Of a stretch of DNA of 64,000 nt, positions 12,715-26,036 are shown piece after piece. Both the position numbers and the translations under genes were made by a program. Each line of letters begins with the position of its first letter. Position 1 is the stretch's first letter. The DNA is from Lama glama (taxonomy: Eukaryota), in NCBI GenBank assembly GCA_028534125.1, contig CM052817.1, forward strand, positions 10,976,001 through 11,040,000, read 5' to 3'. Below the pieces are notes generated by a model, which saw only the letters and a list, made by a program, of their open reading frames with translations, ran no database searches and was not told where the DNA came from.

Positions 12715-12930
12715 TAGCTTCTATACATTAAGCACTTGTCCTGTGCCAGGCACCATGCTAAGCACTTTATATATATTATAATAATCCATCATCACAAAAA
12801 CTCCTTAAGGTAAAAGCTATTATTATATAGCCCTATTTTACAGCTAAAGAAACTGAAGAATGGAGAGTTTCAGTAACATGTTCAAGGTCAGCCAGATGGT
12901 CAGTGGTGTCCCTGGTGTTTCCACTCTAAA
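12715..12930 (-). mobile_element. MIR SINE
   Basis: tgtgccaggcaccatgctaagcacttta...ctattttacagctaaagaaactgaag...caaggtca. Confidence 0.75.
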
Positions 12931-13149
12931 TCCATCTGCCTCTGCTTGACTCCCACCACACCACCCACCCCAAACCAGATGGGATGCCTGTCTGTGTCCT
13001 CTCTAGCTCATGGGTCTTGTCTGTCAGCCACAGGCACCAGCTTGGTCCTTTGCCTCATGGCCCACCATGTCTCCTATGGGAAATCTCAGGATGGGCTCCA
13101 GCCCTAAACCACCACTCTGTGTCCATGGAGGGGCTGATGGGATCAAGAG

Positions 13150-13347
13150 AGACTGTGGTGGGCTAGTTCAGCTTGTAATGGTTTAAAGGAGCCAGTCATG
13201 CGCACTACCTCTCTATTATACATTCAATGACATCATGTTACCAGCTTGCAATTAACTACCATGGGAGTATTTACACCACAGAAATGGGCCAACACTACAA
13301 ATTGGGGCTTTGTTTGAAGGAAAGCCACATTTACCAGTACACCACTT
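13150..13347 (+). mobile_element. MER63-like hAT-Blackjack MITE
   Basis: gggagtatttacaccacagaaat...ctacaaatt...catttaccagtacaccact matches the recalled MER63A consensus. Confidence 0.65.
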
Positions 13348-15215
13348 GGGACAGACCATAGAAATCAACACAAAACCATCTTTCAGACAGTTTCTCTCTT
13401 ATAATCCTTGATAAACAAGTCACTCTTCATTCCCAGGACACCATCAAAAGAAATTCAGATGAAACTGTCCATGTGGGGGCCAGTCCTTCCCAGAAAACAA
13501 ATATCCTTCCTCAACCTATGCTGCTCTACGTGCTGCATTACGAGAAACAGGCTAGGAAAGTTTTTCATGCTTTCCTACATTCTGTTGAGCTTGCAGTCTT
13601 GCTGGAAGGAGGAAACCAGTCTCAGGTGCTGAACATCGAATTGCTTATTGGAACAGCTGCTGCTTTCAGCTGAGTAAGCAGGACGTTCAAGGGTGATGCT
13701 CTCCAGCCATGGTGTGGCAGCCAGTTAAAAATTAGTGCTAGGGACAGAAATAAGAAACAAAAGAAAAACCATCTGATGGTTTGATAGGATCCGCAGCCAG
13801 AAGACTCCTTTATACTTTTAAACATGCTCTAGGGTGATGGGAAGGATGTGAGCATCAAAATAAGTAAGGCCTGCATATGAGCCTTGGCTCTTCCACTTGC
13901 TCTGTGTTCTGACAGGCCAAAAGGTAGGAGAGAAAGCAAAGGTGTATTGGATACAAAGGAGCAATCTCAGGTCTGAAGAGGAAAAGACACTTTGCTGTAA
14001 CAGGAACTCAGCGATGATTTTAGTACAACACTTATTCACTTTCTTATTCAGTATTCACTGGACACCTGCTGTGTGCCATGAGATACACTAAATATAGCAC
14101 AGCTCCTGCCCTCATGGACCTTACAGTCTAGTGGTGAATAGAAACATTAAGTGTGTAGTATTAATAAGGTGTGATGTTTGCTAGGATAAGGAAAATAAAC
14201 GAGCCCTGAGAACATAACAGGGAGGGATTGTGGCTGACCTGCTGCAGGGACCACAGAACAAAGTCGTGCTCACAGAATGAAAGGGCAAAGTGGCAAGAAA
14301 TGCAGAAGAGATGGGTTGGTTGACAGCACGACCGAGACTCATCACTCTTGCAAGGTCTTGGAAGAGCACTAGAGTGGACCAGAGACTATGGGGTTTGGAA
14401 CTTGGAGACCTGGTTCACATCCTTACTCTACCTCTGCCAAGCTGAGCGAGCAAGTTACTTAACCTCTGTGAGATCAGCGTTGGTGTCTTTGTACGTACTA
14501 TATGTGTATACCGACCTTCTGGGCTGACGCTGTCTGACTTCAGTTAGTGTGGAGTATAGGACTCACACGGTGCATGTCCTATCGCAGGTGCGCAATAAAA
14601 AATAGCTATACAGAAAGACTAATCAATGAGAATTTTTTAAATTAAGGCTCTCTTAAACTGCACACACAAGCCACTTGGTGAGTAAGTGCCGAAATGCCCA
14701 TCAGCAGAAGAATTTAATGAGGCTTAGCGGTCCTGTCCTGTAAGGTAACTTGAGAGTTTGCACAGCAAGAGGCTTTGAAAGTGCTTGCATTAAACACATC
14801 CAGAGTTATCAGCATTTGTTTTCAGCAACAGCAGGAACACGTACTGTCCTTTTCAAGCTACTGTGTCTTGCTTTACTCAAAATGTAATTCCCACCCGCAG
14901 TGAGTCTATTCCCAGACTTTCCCAGGTGAGTTTCCATTTCATTTCTTTTCAATAAATAGCAATTGGATAAATGTATTTCCCTTTGTTTACAAAGCCTTTT
15001 TTCAAACAAATTTATGAAGTGAGGGCTGGTTACGGGGTGGGGGGAATCCATTGTCTGATGGCATGTGCCAACTTCATATTTGGGAAAACATGATCATTAG
15101 AAAGACTTAAATCCTCCTGAAAGCTTAAGTTGGGAATGGATCAATTCAGTCACTACCAATCACTTCCCTGAAATGTGCCACCTTGTTCTTCATCTCTCTG
15201 GTGATGCATCTAAAT

Positions 15216-15362
15216 GTTTTTGTTTGTTTGGTTTGGTTGTTTGGGGGGTAGGGGAGGTAATTAGGTTTGTTTGCTTGTTTGTTTTAGTGGAGGTACTGGG
15301 GATTGAACCCAGGACCTTGTGCATGCTAGGTGTGCACTCTACCACTGAGGTATACCCTCCCG
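15216..15362 (-). mobile_element. tRNA-Ala-derived SINE (vic-1-like)
   Basis: tggaggtactggggattgaacccaggaccttgtgcatgctagg...ctctaccactgag; flanked by aaatgtt direct repeats. Confidence 0.85.
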
Positions 15363-16067
15363 TGAAATGTTAGTCTTCAATATTTCTATACACTGGATTT
15401 GCAACGGGGGTGATAGGCCATGATGCATTGTCTCCTTTGTACTTTTGCTCACCTTTGGTGTAAATTATCAAAGAAGATAACAAAACACAAGTTGATTGGC
15501 CTCTCCACTGTAATTTAGCAAGGCAGATCATAATGCCTTTGGTCCTTGGCCAACATGCCAGGGAGCTGTTTTCACATATTAATGTGACATGACTTGGAGG
15601 GTCATAATAACTATGACAAGATAAAGGGAATTAGTTAAAACTTAATTAAAACCACATAGATAACAAGTAGAACACTATATGTTTAGTGACTTGACTTCTT
15701 TGTTGCTGGATTAGCCAAAAAAAAAAGAAGGTGCTTTGCAGAAAGTACATGGGCCCCAATTAATAAAGAGCATTTTACCCCAGTCTGAAATCATCAGATC
15801 AAAATCAGAATCAAAGGGAAATGAAATTGGCAATTCTGGTATCTATCAGCCCCATCCCAGCCCACACAAGACAGTGAGAGAAGAAGGACGGAGTCCTGGT
15901 CAACCCAGAGATTGGCAGCACTAATTCAGTGGTTGCAACATTGTAATATGCTTATTAAAATGATGCTTCTTGGGATCCAATCCCAGACATTCTGATCTGA
16001 TGAGCCTGGTGTGACGGGCCTGAACTCTTCACCTTCAGCTAGCCCATTTCAGTGTTAAAAGTACTTC

Positions 16068-17063
16068 CAATAAATAGATGATGTGGTGAGATACTATATT
16101 ACATAAATATCCTGCTCTGCACTAAAATTTTACCCCCCAGTTTTAGCATCCATGGATGAGCCTTACCTGAACCAATTATTAATATCATGGTTGCAAAACA
16201 GTGATTTTTTTTCTAACTCCTATATTTATTAGTTGCCATTTATTATTTGTTTCTTCATATATATTAGATAGGATGTATTATTTCTTTCTTGTCCCTTTCC
16301 ACATTTATTAGTTGGGATTTTCCTATAGGGAAGAGCTCTGCCATTGATGGAGTATGGGTACTTACTTTATTCCGTGGGTGCTGATCCATTACCATGGCTT
16401 ATTTTTAATGCTCATCTTGCCCCATATTTGAGCAGAGGTAGCCCCTCCAAGCTGGCTCCTGGAAACTTGTAGGCACATCCTTACTTTCTGAGCAGCAAGA
16501 TATTCCAGGCTTATCTGTACTTTCCTGCCCAGCCCTGGAAACAGACATTTCTCCGAGCAGCCTTCATTCCTCTTAGTGGGTGGGGAACAGTATTTGAAAA
16601 TAAATTAAAGCACCAAGAAGGACCCAGCATCATTTTTGTGGTATTCCAGCCCGACATGCACATCGTAAATCTAACTGTGAGGAAACATCAGACAAACTAA
16701 AACCGAGACGTCTTCCACCAAATGAGAAGCCTGTGCCCTTCAAAAATGTCAGTGCTCAGAAAGGCAGAGGAAGGGAGACTAAAGGGACACAGTGATCAAA
16801 TGTAACACCTGATACTGGTTTAGATATTGATCAGAATCTTCTAAAATGCTATCTGATGAACATTTGGGGGACAATTTGAATTGGGGTAGCATTTGCATAA
16901 GGACTGTGGTTTAGATAAAATTTTCCTAATACTAAATTTTTTTATTTTGATGATAAATGTTGTAATATATGGTAAAGGGTGTGCAGAAATTCTTATGCTG
17001 TTCTTGCAACTTTTCTGTCAGTTTAAATTTATTTCCAAGTATAAAGTTTTTATTTTAAAAAAA
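16068..17063. mobile_element. Old L1 (L1MC-like) 3' region in two opposite-orientation pieces
   Basis: About 16068-16590 is antisense (gttttagcatccat, tattccaggcttatc); about 16608-17063 is sense (gaggaaacatcagacaaac ... ttatttccaagtataaagtt, A tail). Confidence 0.6.
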
Positions 17064-17274
17064 ATGGGAAATATGGCATCAAGACAAGTTTCCTGAAATG
17101 TGCTGCTGGTCCATATATGAATGATGATTTACTCAAGCAGACAGATTTTCAGGTAATAAATATAATTTTTAGATATAGCAAGCACATCTAACCCATAATT
17201 TCACACATATTAGTACTTAGTGGGGGCTATTTAAAGGAGTCGATTTAAAGGGAAAATATCAGTAAATAATAGCG

Positions 17275-17420
17275 TAGCTGCTAGAAAATCCCTTGGGAGT
17301 CTTGTTGAAATGCAGATTCTGATTTAGCAGGTAGTGGTGGGGCCTCAGATTCAGCATTTCTGAAAAGCTCCAGAGTGATGCTGACGCAGCTGGTCTATGG
17401 ACCACTCTCAGAGTAGCTAG
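17275..17420. mobile_element. MER5A-like MITE
   Basis: cttgttgaaatgcagattctgattt...gcatttct...gtgatgctgacgcagctggtctatggaccact. Confidence 0.7.
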
Positions 17421-18124
17421 AACGTAAGGCACTGCAGAGAATGGCTACCCACTGCACATTCTTAGGATTTTGTTTCTCTCTGTCGTACGCCTTACCACTT
17501 ATTCATTTTCTAAAGGGGCTGTTCACTGAAAGGGGTTGCTAAGAAAAGCCAATCAAAAGAAGACCAAAAAAATAAAAAAAGAAGAAGAAGAGGAAGTCTA
17601 AGAAATTCACAGCTCTACACTAGAGGTTGATAGGGTTAAAAAGAGATATATTTAAATCTAATTGAGATAAAGGATTCCTCCTTAGGCTGAGAGATACTCC
17701 AAGAGTAAAAACTCCAAGGATACGTCGACTTCTGTCAGATTCCTGTCAGAAAAATGTTCCATCAAGGAAGCATACTGACAGCCTTGAAGAGTGACAGTCC
17801 TAACTGGAATTCTGCAGGCAATTTTAATATCATAAAACTCAGGAAATAATAATAATACCTTAATACTGATCAATTGTTTTAAATTTTATAAAACTCTTTT
17901 GCAGGCATTAATGCCTCCCAGTCCTCACTTCTTAAAACTGTTATTGCTCCCACCAAACTGAAGGCTAAGGACTCCTTCAGAGTAGGGATTATGCCTGGTT
18001 CACGTTTGTATCCCCAGCACTTGGCAAAGATGTGACATGCCGCAGGATTCTGACAAATGTTGGTGTGAAAAGAGTTTTTGCCCTAGTCCTCAAATACATA
18101 ACAGCACACTTCACTGAGCTGAAG

Positions 18125-18283
18125 TTACCATCAATTATTATGATACACTATTGTTTTACATTTTCTAAGAAAAAAAGTTGCCATTTAAACTCTATGTGCC
18201 ATTGATTGAAAGATACACCCCAATTTCAAAGAGGCTAAAATGTGGGGGAGAAATGTGCATTTTAGGATTGACAGACTGCAGTA
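18125..18283. mobile_element. Tc2-mariner (MER104/Kanga-like) remnant
   Basis: gccattgattgaaagatacaccccaatttcaaagag...aaatgtgcattttaggattga resembles the recalled MER104 terminus. Confidence 0.45.
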
Positions 18284-19047
18284 ATGCAGACAGGAAACAG
18301 ATAACAGCCAAACATTAGGGTTGCTGAAGATACCATAGGGAGGGAGGGAGACAAATAGGAACCGGGAGATGTTTCTTTATAACACAGAATGTATCACAGA
18401 TTCAATGACTTTTGGGGCAGGTGGGAATTTTTCTCAGATAGTAGTCAGGTTGGCAGCCATATTTTCTCAGGAAAAGTATTGTTGGACTCCCACCTTTACA
18501 GGAAAATCACATACCAAGTGAATAGCAAAATCCATGAGGAGGAGGTAGGGTGAAGAGGGAGGAGGAGAGAAGGAGAAGGGGAGGAAGCAGGGAGGAGGGA
18601 AGTGAGGAGGAAGAGGAAGAGGAGGAGAAAAGGAAGGGATGTCATCATTGTCTTGTTACACAAGTCTGTGTAGTAGCTACCTGGGGAGCGCAGTGCTATA
18701 GAAATCCAGTGAGTGAGGATGCTTGGAGCAATTGCTGAGAATGAGACTAAGAATTCTCAGCCCCTGGTAGAAAAGCCTTGATTTGGGGCAGACACCTTTC
18801 TTCCATGGGTCAAAGAACCATTTTTTTGTGTTGTCAAAGGAGGCTCTCTCAACAGGTGATCATATTCAACGCCAGACTCTAGGACCCAGTGGGACAGATG
18901 AAGAAATCTGAATGGCCCCCGAATGAGGTCATCCGTACCTGGGTCAGCTGCTTGTCACCAAAACTCAGAGTGATGGCCACACCCCATCCTTCTCTGCAGC
19001 TTCCTTTATTTGAGTTGAAAGGGCATTTGTTGAGCTTCTTCCCTTAA

Positions 19048-19230
19048 GCGATGATCTTGGGCAAGTTACTCTGTGCCTCAGTTTCCTTGTCTATAAAATG
19101 GTGAGAGTACTAGTACTCACCTCACCTTGATGTGAGTGAGGATGAAACCAGTTAATACGTGTAAACCTTTGGAACAGTGCCTGGCGTAAGACAATCACTC
19201 AATGAATGTCGGTTATTTTTATCATTATCA
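19048..19230 (+). mobile_element. MIR SINE
   Basis: cttgggcaagttactctgtgcctcagtttccttgtctataaaatgg...gaacagtgcctggc. Confidence 0.8.
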
Positions 19231-20971
19231 TCTGAAATATAATTGTGCATAATTGACACAACAAGATGACTCCATGCTGGACCAGTGACCATGCAATAGT
19301 TTGCATGGGCTCCCAGATTCTTATCCCAAATTAAAAAAAAAATAGACTTCCACAGACAACAGGGAAATGGAAACAAACAGACAAACGACAACTGCTAGAA
19401 AGAGTCCAGTTCCAGAAAACCGGGAGCATGAACTTGCAAGAACCATGACCATGCCACTTCCCACGAAGCCACCTTGCAGCCCGGAAACCAAGCTGCTGGT
19501 GGCCCCACCCACATCACCGCAGCTCTGAGGATGCAGATTGTGTGCTGCATAATCTGTCGTGTGCACAAAAACATTAACCTCTGGAATCAAATGTGTCTGT
19601 TAATAAGCCAACCTGCCGCTCACACGGCCAGCCCCCGGGTGGCATCCCCCCTCTAAAGCTGCACTGCAGGTACATCTCATTTGTCAGCTGGTTCAGCTGC
19701 TTCCGCATGATGTTATTTGGAAATGTGAAAGATCCCAAATTATCTTATCCCGAGGTGACAAATGAAGTGCAGGGCCCACAAGCCCAGACTGTTTACACGC
19801 CAAATAAACAAAACGCAGCAGAAGTGAGGGTATCAGTCTCCTAACAGTTTAGGGGAAACAAGTTTATTTCTCATCTGAAAGATTAATGAACCAGGCTGTA
19901 ACCTCACCTCTAATTGTGGCTGTGCAGAAATTAGGTGCTATTTTTCACCTATTCTGCAGTAACATCATAATGTCATGTCACAAAAGTCCATAAAGAAAGG
20001 GTCTACACTTACCTGTGGAATTCTTTCAAATACCCAGTGACTGATCATTAATGCAAAATTATTAATTTTTTTCTCAGATATATTTCTGTTTTTAAATATG
20101 TATATATATATATGTATATAAAGAAGAGCCAAACTAATAAAAATATCTTCTTACAAAGTAAGACTTCACTTTCCTATGATAGACAACCATAAAGAATATT
20201 TATTTATATAGCTTATTACTGGTATGTTTTTAAAGCTATTGGTCCTGTATATCTCTCTGACATTTTGCTGAAGTCACTTGCTCCGAATGCTCATCCATTT
20301 ATTTCTTCCACTTGATTCCCACTGCTTCCACATCTGAGCTGGGACCAAACCCTTGAAAAGCTGGGGTGAGGAAGGAGACGAGGCAAAGGCGGGGGTGAGG
20401 AGGGAGACCTTGGCTGCCTTTAGGACAGATAACCACTGGAGCAGACTGAGTGCTTTTGGAGGCTCAATCACAAAGCACAGCACCTGTTCTATCTCAGAAT
20501 TCTATCCAAAAATGTTGTATATTTAATAAAACTTCACATGGTTAAAAATAATCATACCCAGGGAGCTTTTTTCCACATGGAATGTATAATGTGTTTTTCC
20601 TTAGAACTCCCGATTCCATCTACAAGACTCTGAGCAAGTACAAGGGAGAGATTCATCCTGAGGAAAATCAATTTGGTGGCAACGTCTAGAGAAGCAAAGG
20701 CAACATTTCCCAAGAATCCCCAACTGGGAGGGAGGCTGGAGCCTTGGGCCATGTCTACACTGCTGATTTGGACAATAGAACTTGGATCCAAGTTCAAGTT
20801 GGATCATCCGTACAACATTCACATGGAAACTAAATTGAAAGAAAATGAAAACGCATCAGATAATGAACCAACACCGGAAGTTCAGCCGTTAGTCTGGGTG
20901 ATGAACTGTGCTCATCCGACAACCCAAGAAACTCTAGACTAGGCACATCCAGGTGAAATGATCCTTTGGGG

Positions 20972-20995
20972 GTGTGTGTGTGTGTGTGTGTGTGT
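20972..20995. repeat. (GT)12 microsatellite
   Basis: Read directly from the sequence. Confidence 0.95.
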
Positions 20996-21559
20996 TTTAT
21001 TTTTCAATTGAGATATTGTTCTGTGTCTAAATATCCAAGTAATGCATAGTCAACACATAGCAAACATTCATGATATGTTATATGTAAAATGGGCCTTTTT
21101 ACTAAGGGGTGGATGATCAAATGACCACAGGACAGCTTCATTAAAGAGGAAATTAAAAACGAGGAGAGGGGCCCAGAACCCACTATTTCCTTTTTGTGAA
21201 CACTTGACTTCCTGCACCAAGGAAGACTTCAACAAGTAGAAGGAAAGCCACACCAAAGATTTCTGATTGTCCCCCTGAAGCTCTGGTCTGGGAAGCCCTG
21301 GGGTGTTGCTAGCTCGAACACTTCGGCCAAGCCTTTCCTGGTCTTTTGCTTATTGGTAAAGAACACAAGGTCTGATTCTGCTACTGAGAGCAGAGAAAAG
21401 CATTCAAGTAGTGATTCCCTTTGTCCATGGCCATGACATCTTCCCAGGGACTAGAAAGACTTAAAGAGAAATCCATGGAGTGAGTATCTTCCTTTCTTCT
21501 ACCAGTAAGACCAAACCAAGACAAGAGCTTAATTCTTTACAATAACGACAGTAAGGAAC

Positions 21560-22430
21560 CTTATTTAAGACCTACATAAAAGCACTGGGATAAGTGCCTC
21601 CCTGAAAGAATAAGAAGACATCACGCAGCTTAATGGGGAAGGAAGATCTGGGAGCAAATAATTAAATATACCAGGTTAAGTGTTCCACTCAGATAGATGA
21701 AAAGTGCTGGGTGACATGAAAAAGGGGTCCACCACCCCTATACAGAAATCACGCAAGCCTCCCTGAAAAGATGTCATCGATGTGGGTCATAAACAATGAG
21801 CAAGGACTGGTCAGCTGGAGAAGCAGGGGAAGGACATTCCATTATAAGGAAACTGCACTGCAAAGGCATCAAGATATCTGAATGCAGAGTGCAGTCCATG
21901 TCTCTGAACAGGAAGCAGTGTGGAAGTGCAAACACACAATGAAACCAGAAAGTCAGAGAAGGACAGGCTCTCGGCTCTTACCCACCATGCTGACGAGCAT
22001 GGCGTCATCCTGGGGATGAAGTGGGAAGCCAGTGGAAATTTTAAATCAGAGGAACAATAAAGTGAGATTGGACCACTGGGGGCTATGCGGAGGATCAAAC
22101 AAAGGAGAGGAAAACATTTATGGGTGCTTCTGTAATTGTCTAGGTAGGAGATGATACGGGGCTGATTTGAAGTTTTAGCAGTAGGACTGAACAGGAGCAA
22201 ATCAGAAAGACATTTCTGATTTAGAATTGTAGAACACATTGGACAATTAAATAGGGAGAACAAAGGAGGAGAGAAGAAGAGGGTGATATCAAGATTTTTA
22301 TCTTGAATTGTTGGGTGGAAATTGATATCATTAATCAGGAAGAAACAGGTTTGGACAGATTGGGTTTGAGATGCCAAAGGGAAGTCAAGCATTCATGTCC
22401 AATAAAGAAAATGGGAAATATCATCTGTAG
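21560..22430 (-). mobile_element. L2 LINE fragment
   Basis: Antisense L2 words ggacattcca...tgcaaaggca, gggaagccagtggaaattttaa and ttgagatgcc. Confidence 0.65.
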
Positions 22431-23164
22431 TGGGTTCTTATGACCTATTTAGTTCCCGAAATGTTTAGAAAGCTTGACAAGTATTCAGACAGAGTGAAAA
22501 ATATAGTCTATGCCCTCTTGGAACTTGTATTTCTAGAGAACTTCAACTAAAATTTTTGCCCATTCAAATCTTCTCCAAGCTCCCACTTTCCTTCAAGGCA
22601 AAGGTCAGCTCGCATCTGCAGGAGGCTTCCTTCTATTCCCAGATCTCATAGTTATCTCTCCCCCCTCTGAACCCTGCTGTCAAAGTGCATGTTGACAGTG
22701 CCTTTCCTTTGATATTTATATAAGCCTTGTGCCTAATTTTGTCAGTTAAGTTTTCACAAATAAATATGTGCCTTGCTCTTTCCAAATAAATTGGGACTAT
22801 CTCCAAAAGGCCAGCACTATGCTTCTTTCTTCTTCTTTCACCTCTAAAGACCTTGCATATTTAGAAGATGCTCACAGATGACACATCAACAAATGCTCAG
22901 CTAACCACTGTTCAAGGCTAGAAAACTGTGTTTTGTAGGTAATCCCTAGTTAAGATGTATTCATTTTTATCTACTCACTTGCCACGGTGATTTCAATCAT
23001 TCTTCACACATTCTGTGTCCCTACAAAGTACTAGAAGTTATATTTGAGGCTTCAAGGAACTTACAGCCTATGGATGGACAGAGTGAACTAAATTTGAAAT
23101 TGTGTTGTGGCATGAACTTCACTAAAAAATTAAAATAAAAAAGACCTTGCATGATGTCCATTAG

Positions 23165-23385
23165 AAAGTGGCAGCTTAGCTGAGCCAGATTTCCTGGTCT
23201 TGAACCTCAACTTTTTCACAAACTTGTTGCCTTGGGCAAGTTACTTGCTCTCTGTCTCAATTTCTTCACGTAAAAATAAAGACAATAATCATATTTATTT
23301 CATGAAGTTGCTATGAAAATTAAGTGAGACAGCAAGTGCAAAGCTCTTCCTAATTTCCCAGGACACAGCAAGAATTCAACCTACA
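23165..23385 (+). mobile_element. MIR SINE
   Basis: ccttgggcaagttacttgctctctgtctcaatttcttca...gttgctatgaaaattaagtgaga. Confidence 0.7.
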
Positions 23386-23830
23386 TTGTGTCAGAATAAG
23401 TCAGGTAGTGCTATGTTAACAAACAAGCCCAGTGTTTCAGTGCTTTAAAACTAATTGGCAGTGGGCAGAAGAGGCAGAATGGGGGAGCAGAAAGAGAGAG
23501 AGAGAAGGCAGATGAGATGGTGGGCGCTGAGTGTGCCAGGGGAGGGCCCTGATCACAAGGGGACTCAACCAACCCTGGAGAACAGAACATGGTTGATGGT
23601 GCACCTGTCCCCATGAATCTTGCTTCTTAGATAATATTTTTGGTGATTTCCACTCCCACCCCATAACTGATTTAGGAGCTGGACTTCATGTCTGGATTGA
23701 CATGTAAAAAGAGAAGCTGCATGAAAAGAAGGAAGCAGGAGGCAGATAGTCAAAACATCACCCAGTTTTATCCTGATCTCCACGGGGCAGGCAAGGAGAA
23801 GCCAGCTCACATCTGGTTGAGGGATTTCTG

Positions 23831-23874
23831 TCTCTCTCTCTCTCTCTCTCTCTCCCTCTCTCTTTCTCTCTCTC
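23831..23874. repeat. Imperfect (TC)n microsatellite
   Basis: Read directly from the sequence. Confidence 0.9.
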
Positions 23875-25607
23875 ATGTACACCTAAGATGGCCTCCTTTA
23901 GGATAAATTTCCAAAACTGGAATGACTGGATAAAAAGTTAAACACATGTTTAAGGTAATTGATGTCTAGCAATTCATTTCCCCATTTTTTTTCCAGTGGG
24001 ACATTCTAAAGAATAAAGCAGTATTGTCCTTAGAAATGGTTGTCTTGGATTACAAATTCTAGTTCCTTTGGGTTAAAAGTCATCCCTCTTACAGTCTTTA
24101 AAACTACACACACCATAAGTCCTTAGTAAACGACGATTAAATTAAATTCCTAGCACTCCCAGTGCTTAATACTAGCCATTTTTTATATAGACTTTTTATT
24201 TCCCTATCTCTAAGAAGGCTGCAATATGTCTTGATTTTTTAGATCATAAGTCCCTCTTCCCCTGACTATAAATATCTCAAGTCTTCAAAATCATGTTGTG
24301 TATGTTACAAAAATCTTGGTTCTGTGAATTTTCTAATTCTGTTAAAGTCTTGTATTTTAAAGCATCTTAACATATATACTCCTGACTAGCATAATAAATT
24401 CACAATGACATTCAAGTAAGATTTTGTTTGTGTTTAGTTTTTTAAAATGTAAAATTATTTGAGCCCATTACTTCTTTTTTTTTTTGTACCTAAATTGATT
24501 CTTCTCATTAATGCATTTCATTAGAAATCCAGCCAATATCATAATTAACCATATGGTTGACAGAAGCAAAAATAATAATAATAATTTCAGAATTTGTCCA
24601 AGTGCCATGTTTTGGAGTCTGTTGACCCAAGTTAGAAAAAGAAATTAGCTCTGAGACAAAAAAAAAAAATTAACCTGTAATAATCCACCAAATAGCCATT
24701 TCACCCTCTATTTACACTTTGTCAATACATTAAAGTTTTTTTAATCAAAATTATTCTGATTCTGCCATTGATCACTTGGCCTGACACACTTGTGGTTGAG
24801 TTAGTCTGCCCCAGCAATGTCACTTTCAGAAACTTTAGAAACTTATTCTACATCTATACTCTCACAAAGATTCGTGTACAAGAAGGTTTATTATGGCATT
24901 GTTTGTAATATCAAAAGGCAGGAAACTATGTAAATCTCCAACATTTGGGGGTTAGTTCAATAAATTAAATAAATTGCAGCCAATTAGGAAAAAAGAATGA
25001 GATACGACTACATGAGCCAATACAGAATGAATTCTAAGATACAGTTTAAATAAATAAAGCAAACTGCAGAACACTATGTATAATGTGCATTTTATAGGCT
25101 TAAAATATCTCACTCATAATAACTTTTTATTTTATTTAATATTTATTATTTAACTTAAAATAATTTATTCTTATTTAACTCATAACAATTGTTTCTTCTG
25201 GGGAAGGCAGTAGGAGATATGCTTTCAAGATGGAAGGAAATCTTACTTTTCATTGAAATGTTTTTATTTTTCACCATGAACATATATTAATTTTTACTTG
25301 AAAGTAGACAATAAAATGTGGGGAAGGAGAAATTTTGGGTCTATATTTCATGAAAACAATCAAAACCCCTATCAATTTTAGTTCATGGTAATCAATACTT
25401 CAAGTTGCAGATTAACTACTATCTTCTCTCTAACCCTAGCAGCAGCATTTCAACATCTCACCAAACCTTCCTAAGAGTTTTAACCTCATGCCAAACAGTT
25501 GTTTATTCAGTCATTCATTCACTGAATCACTTAATTCATCCTAACTGTGGGTTTGCACTAGGCCAGGCCCCAGGCTGGGATGTAGCTGTCAGCAAGAACA
25601 AAGACAG

Positions 25608-25715
25608 GTGCTCGCCTCGGCAGCACCCGTACTAAAATTGGAACAATACAGAGAAGATTAGCATGGCCCCTGAGCAAGGATGACACGCAAATTCATGAAG
25701 TGTTCCATATTTTTT
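25608..25715 (+). pseudogene. RNU6: Full-length U6 snRNA retropseudogene (5' part of a U6/L1 chimera)
   Basis: gtgctcgcctcggcagcac...acagagaagattagcatggcccctg...aaggatgacacgcaaattc...gttccatatttttt. About 8 substitutions versus canonical U6, three of them CpG transitions. No upstream PSE/TATA; flanked by a TSD. Confidence 0.97.
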
Positions 25716-26036
25716 AAAAGGACACTATGAACTCATCTACAAAACAGAAACAGACTCACAGACGTAGTCAACAATCTTATGGTTACTGGGGAAAGGGGGT
25801 GGGAAGGGATAAATTTGAGAATTTGAGATTTACAAATGTTAGCCACTATATATAAAAATAGATTTTTTAAAAGTTTCTGCTGTAGAGCACAGGGAACCAT
25901 GTTCAATATCTTGCAATCACCTTTAATGAAAAAAGCATGAAAATGAATACATGTATGTATATGCATGACTGGGACATTGTGCTATGCACCAGAAATTGAT
26001 ACATTGTAACTGACTGTACTTCAATTAAAAAAAAAA
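25716..26036 (+). mobile_element. L1 3' end fused to U6
   Basis: tacaaaacagaaacagactcacagac...gcacagggaac...caccagaaattga...cttcaattaaaaaaaaaa. TSD aagaa(c/t)aaagacag at 25594-25607 and 26035-26048. Confidence 0.93.

Noticed and set aside
21811..22392. 193-aa ORF
   Set aside because: It lies within a decayed L2 element and shows no intact recognisable domain.
25608..25715. Functional U6 snRNA gene
   Set aside because: No upstream PSE/TATA, CpG decay, fusion to L1 and a flanking TSD.
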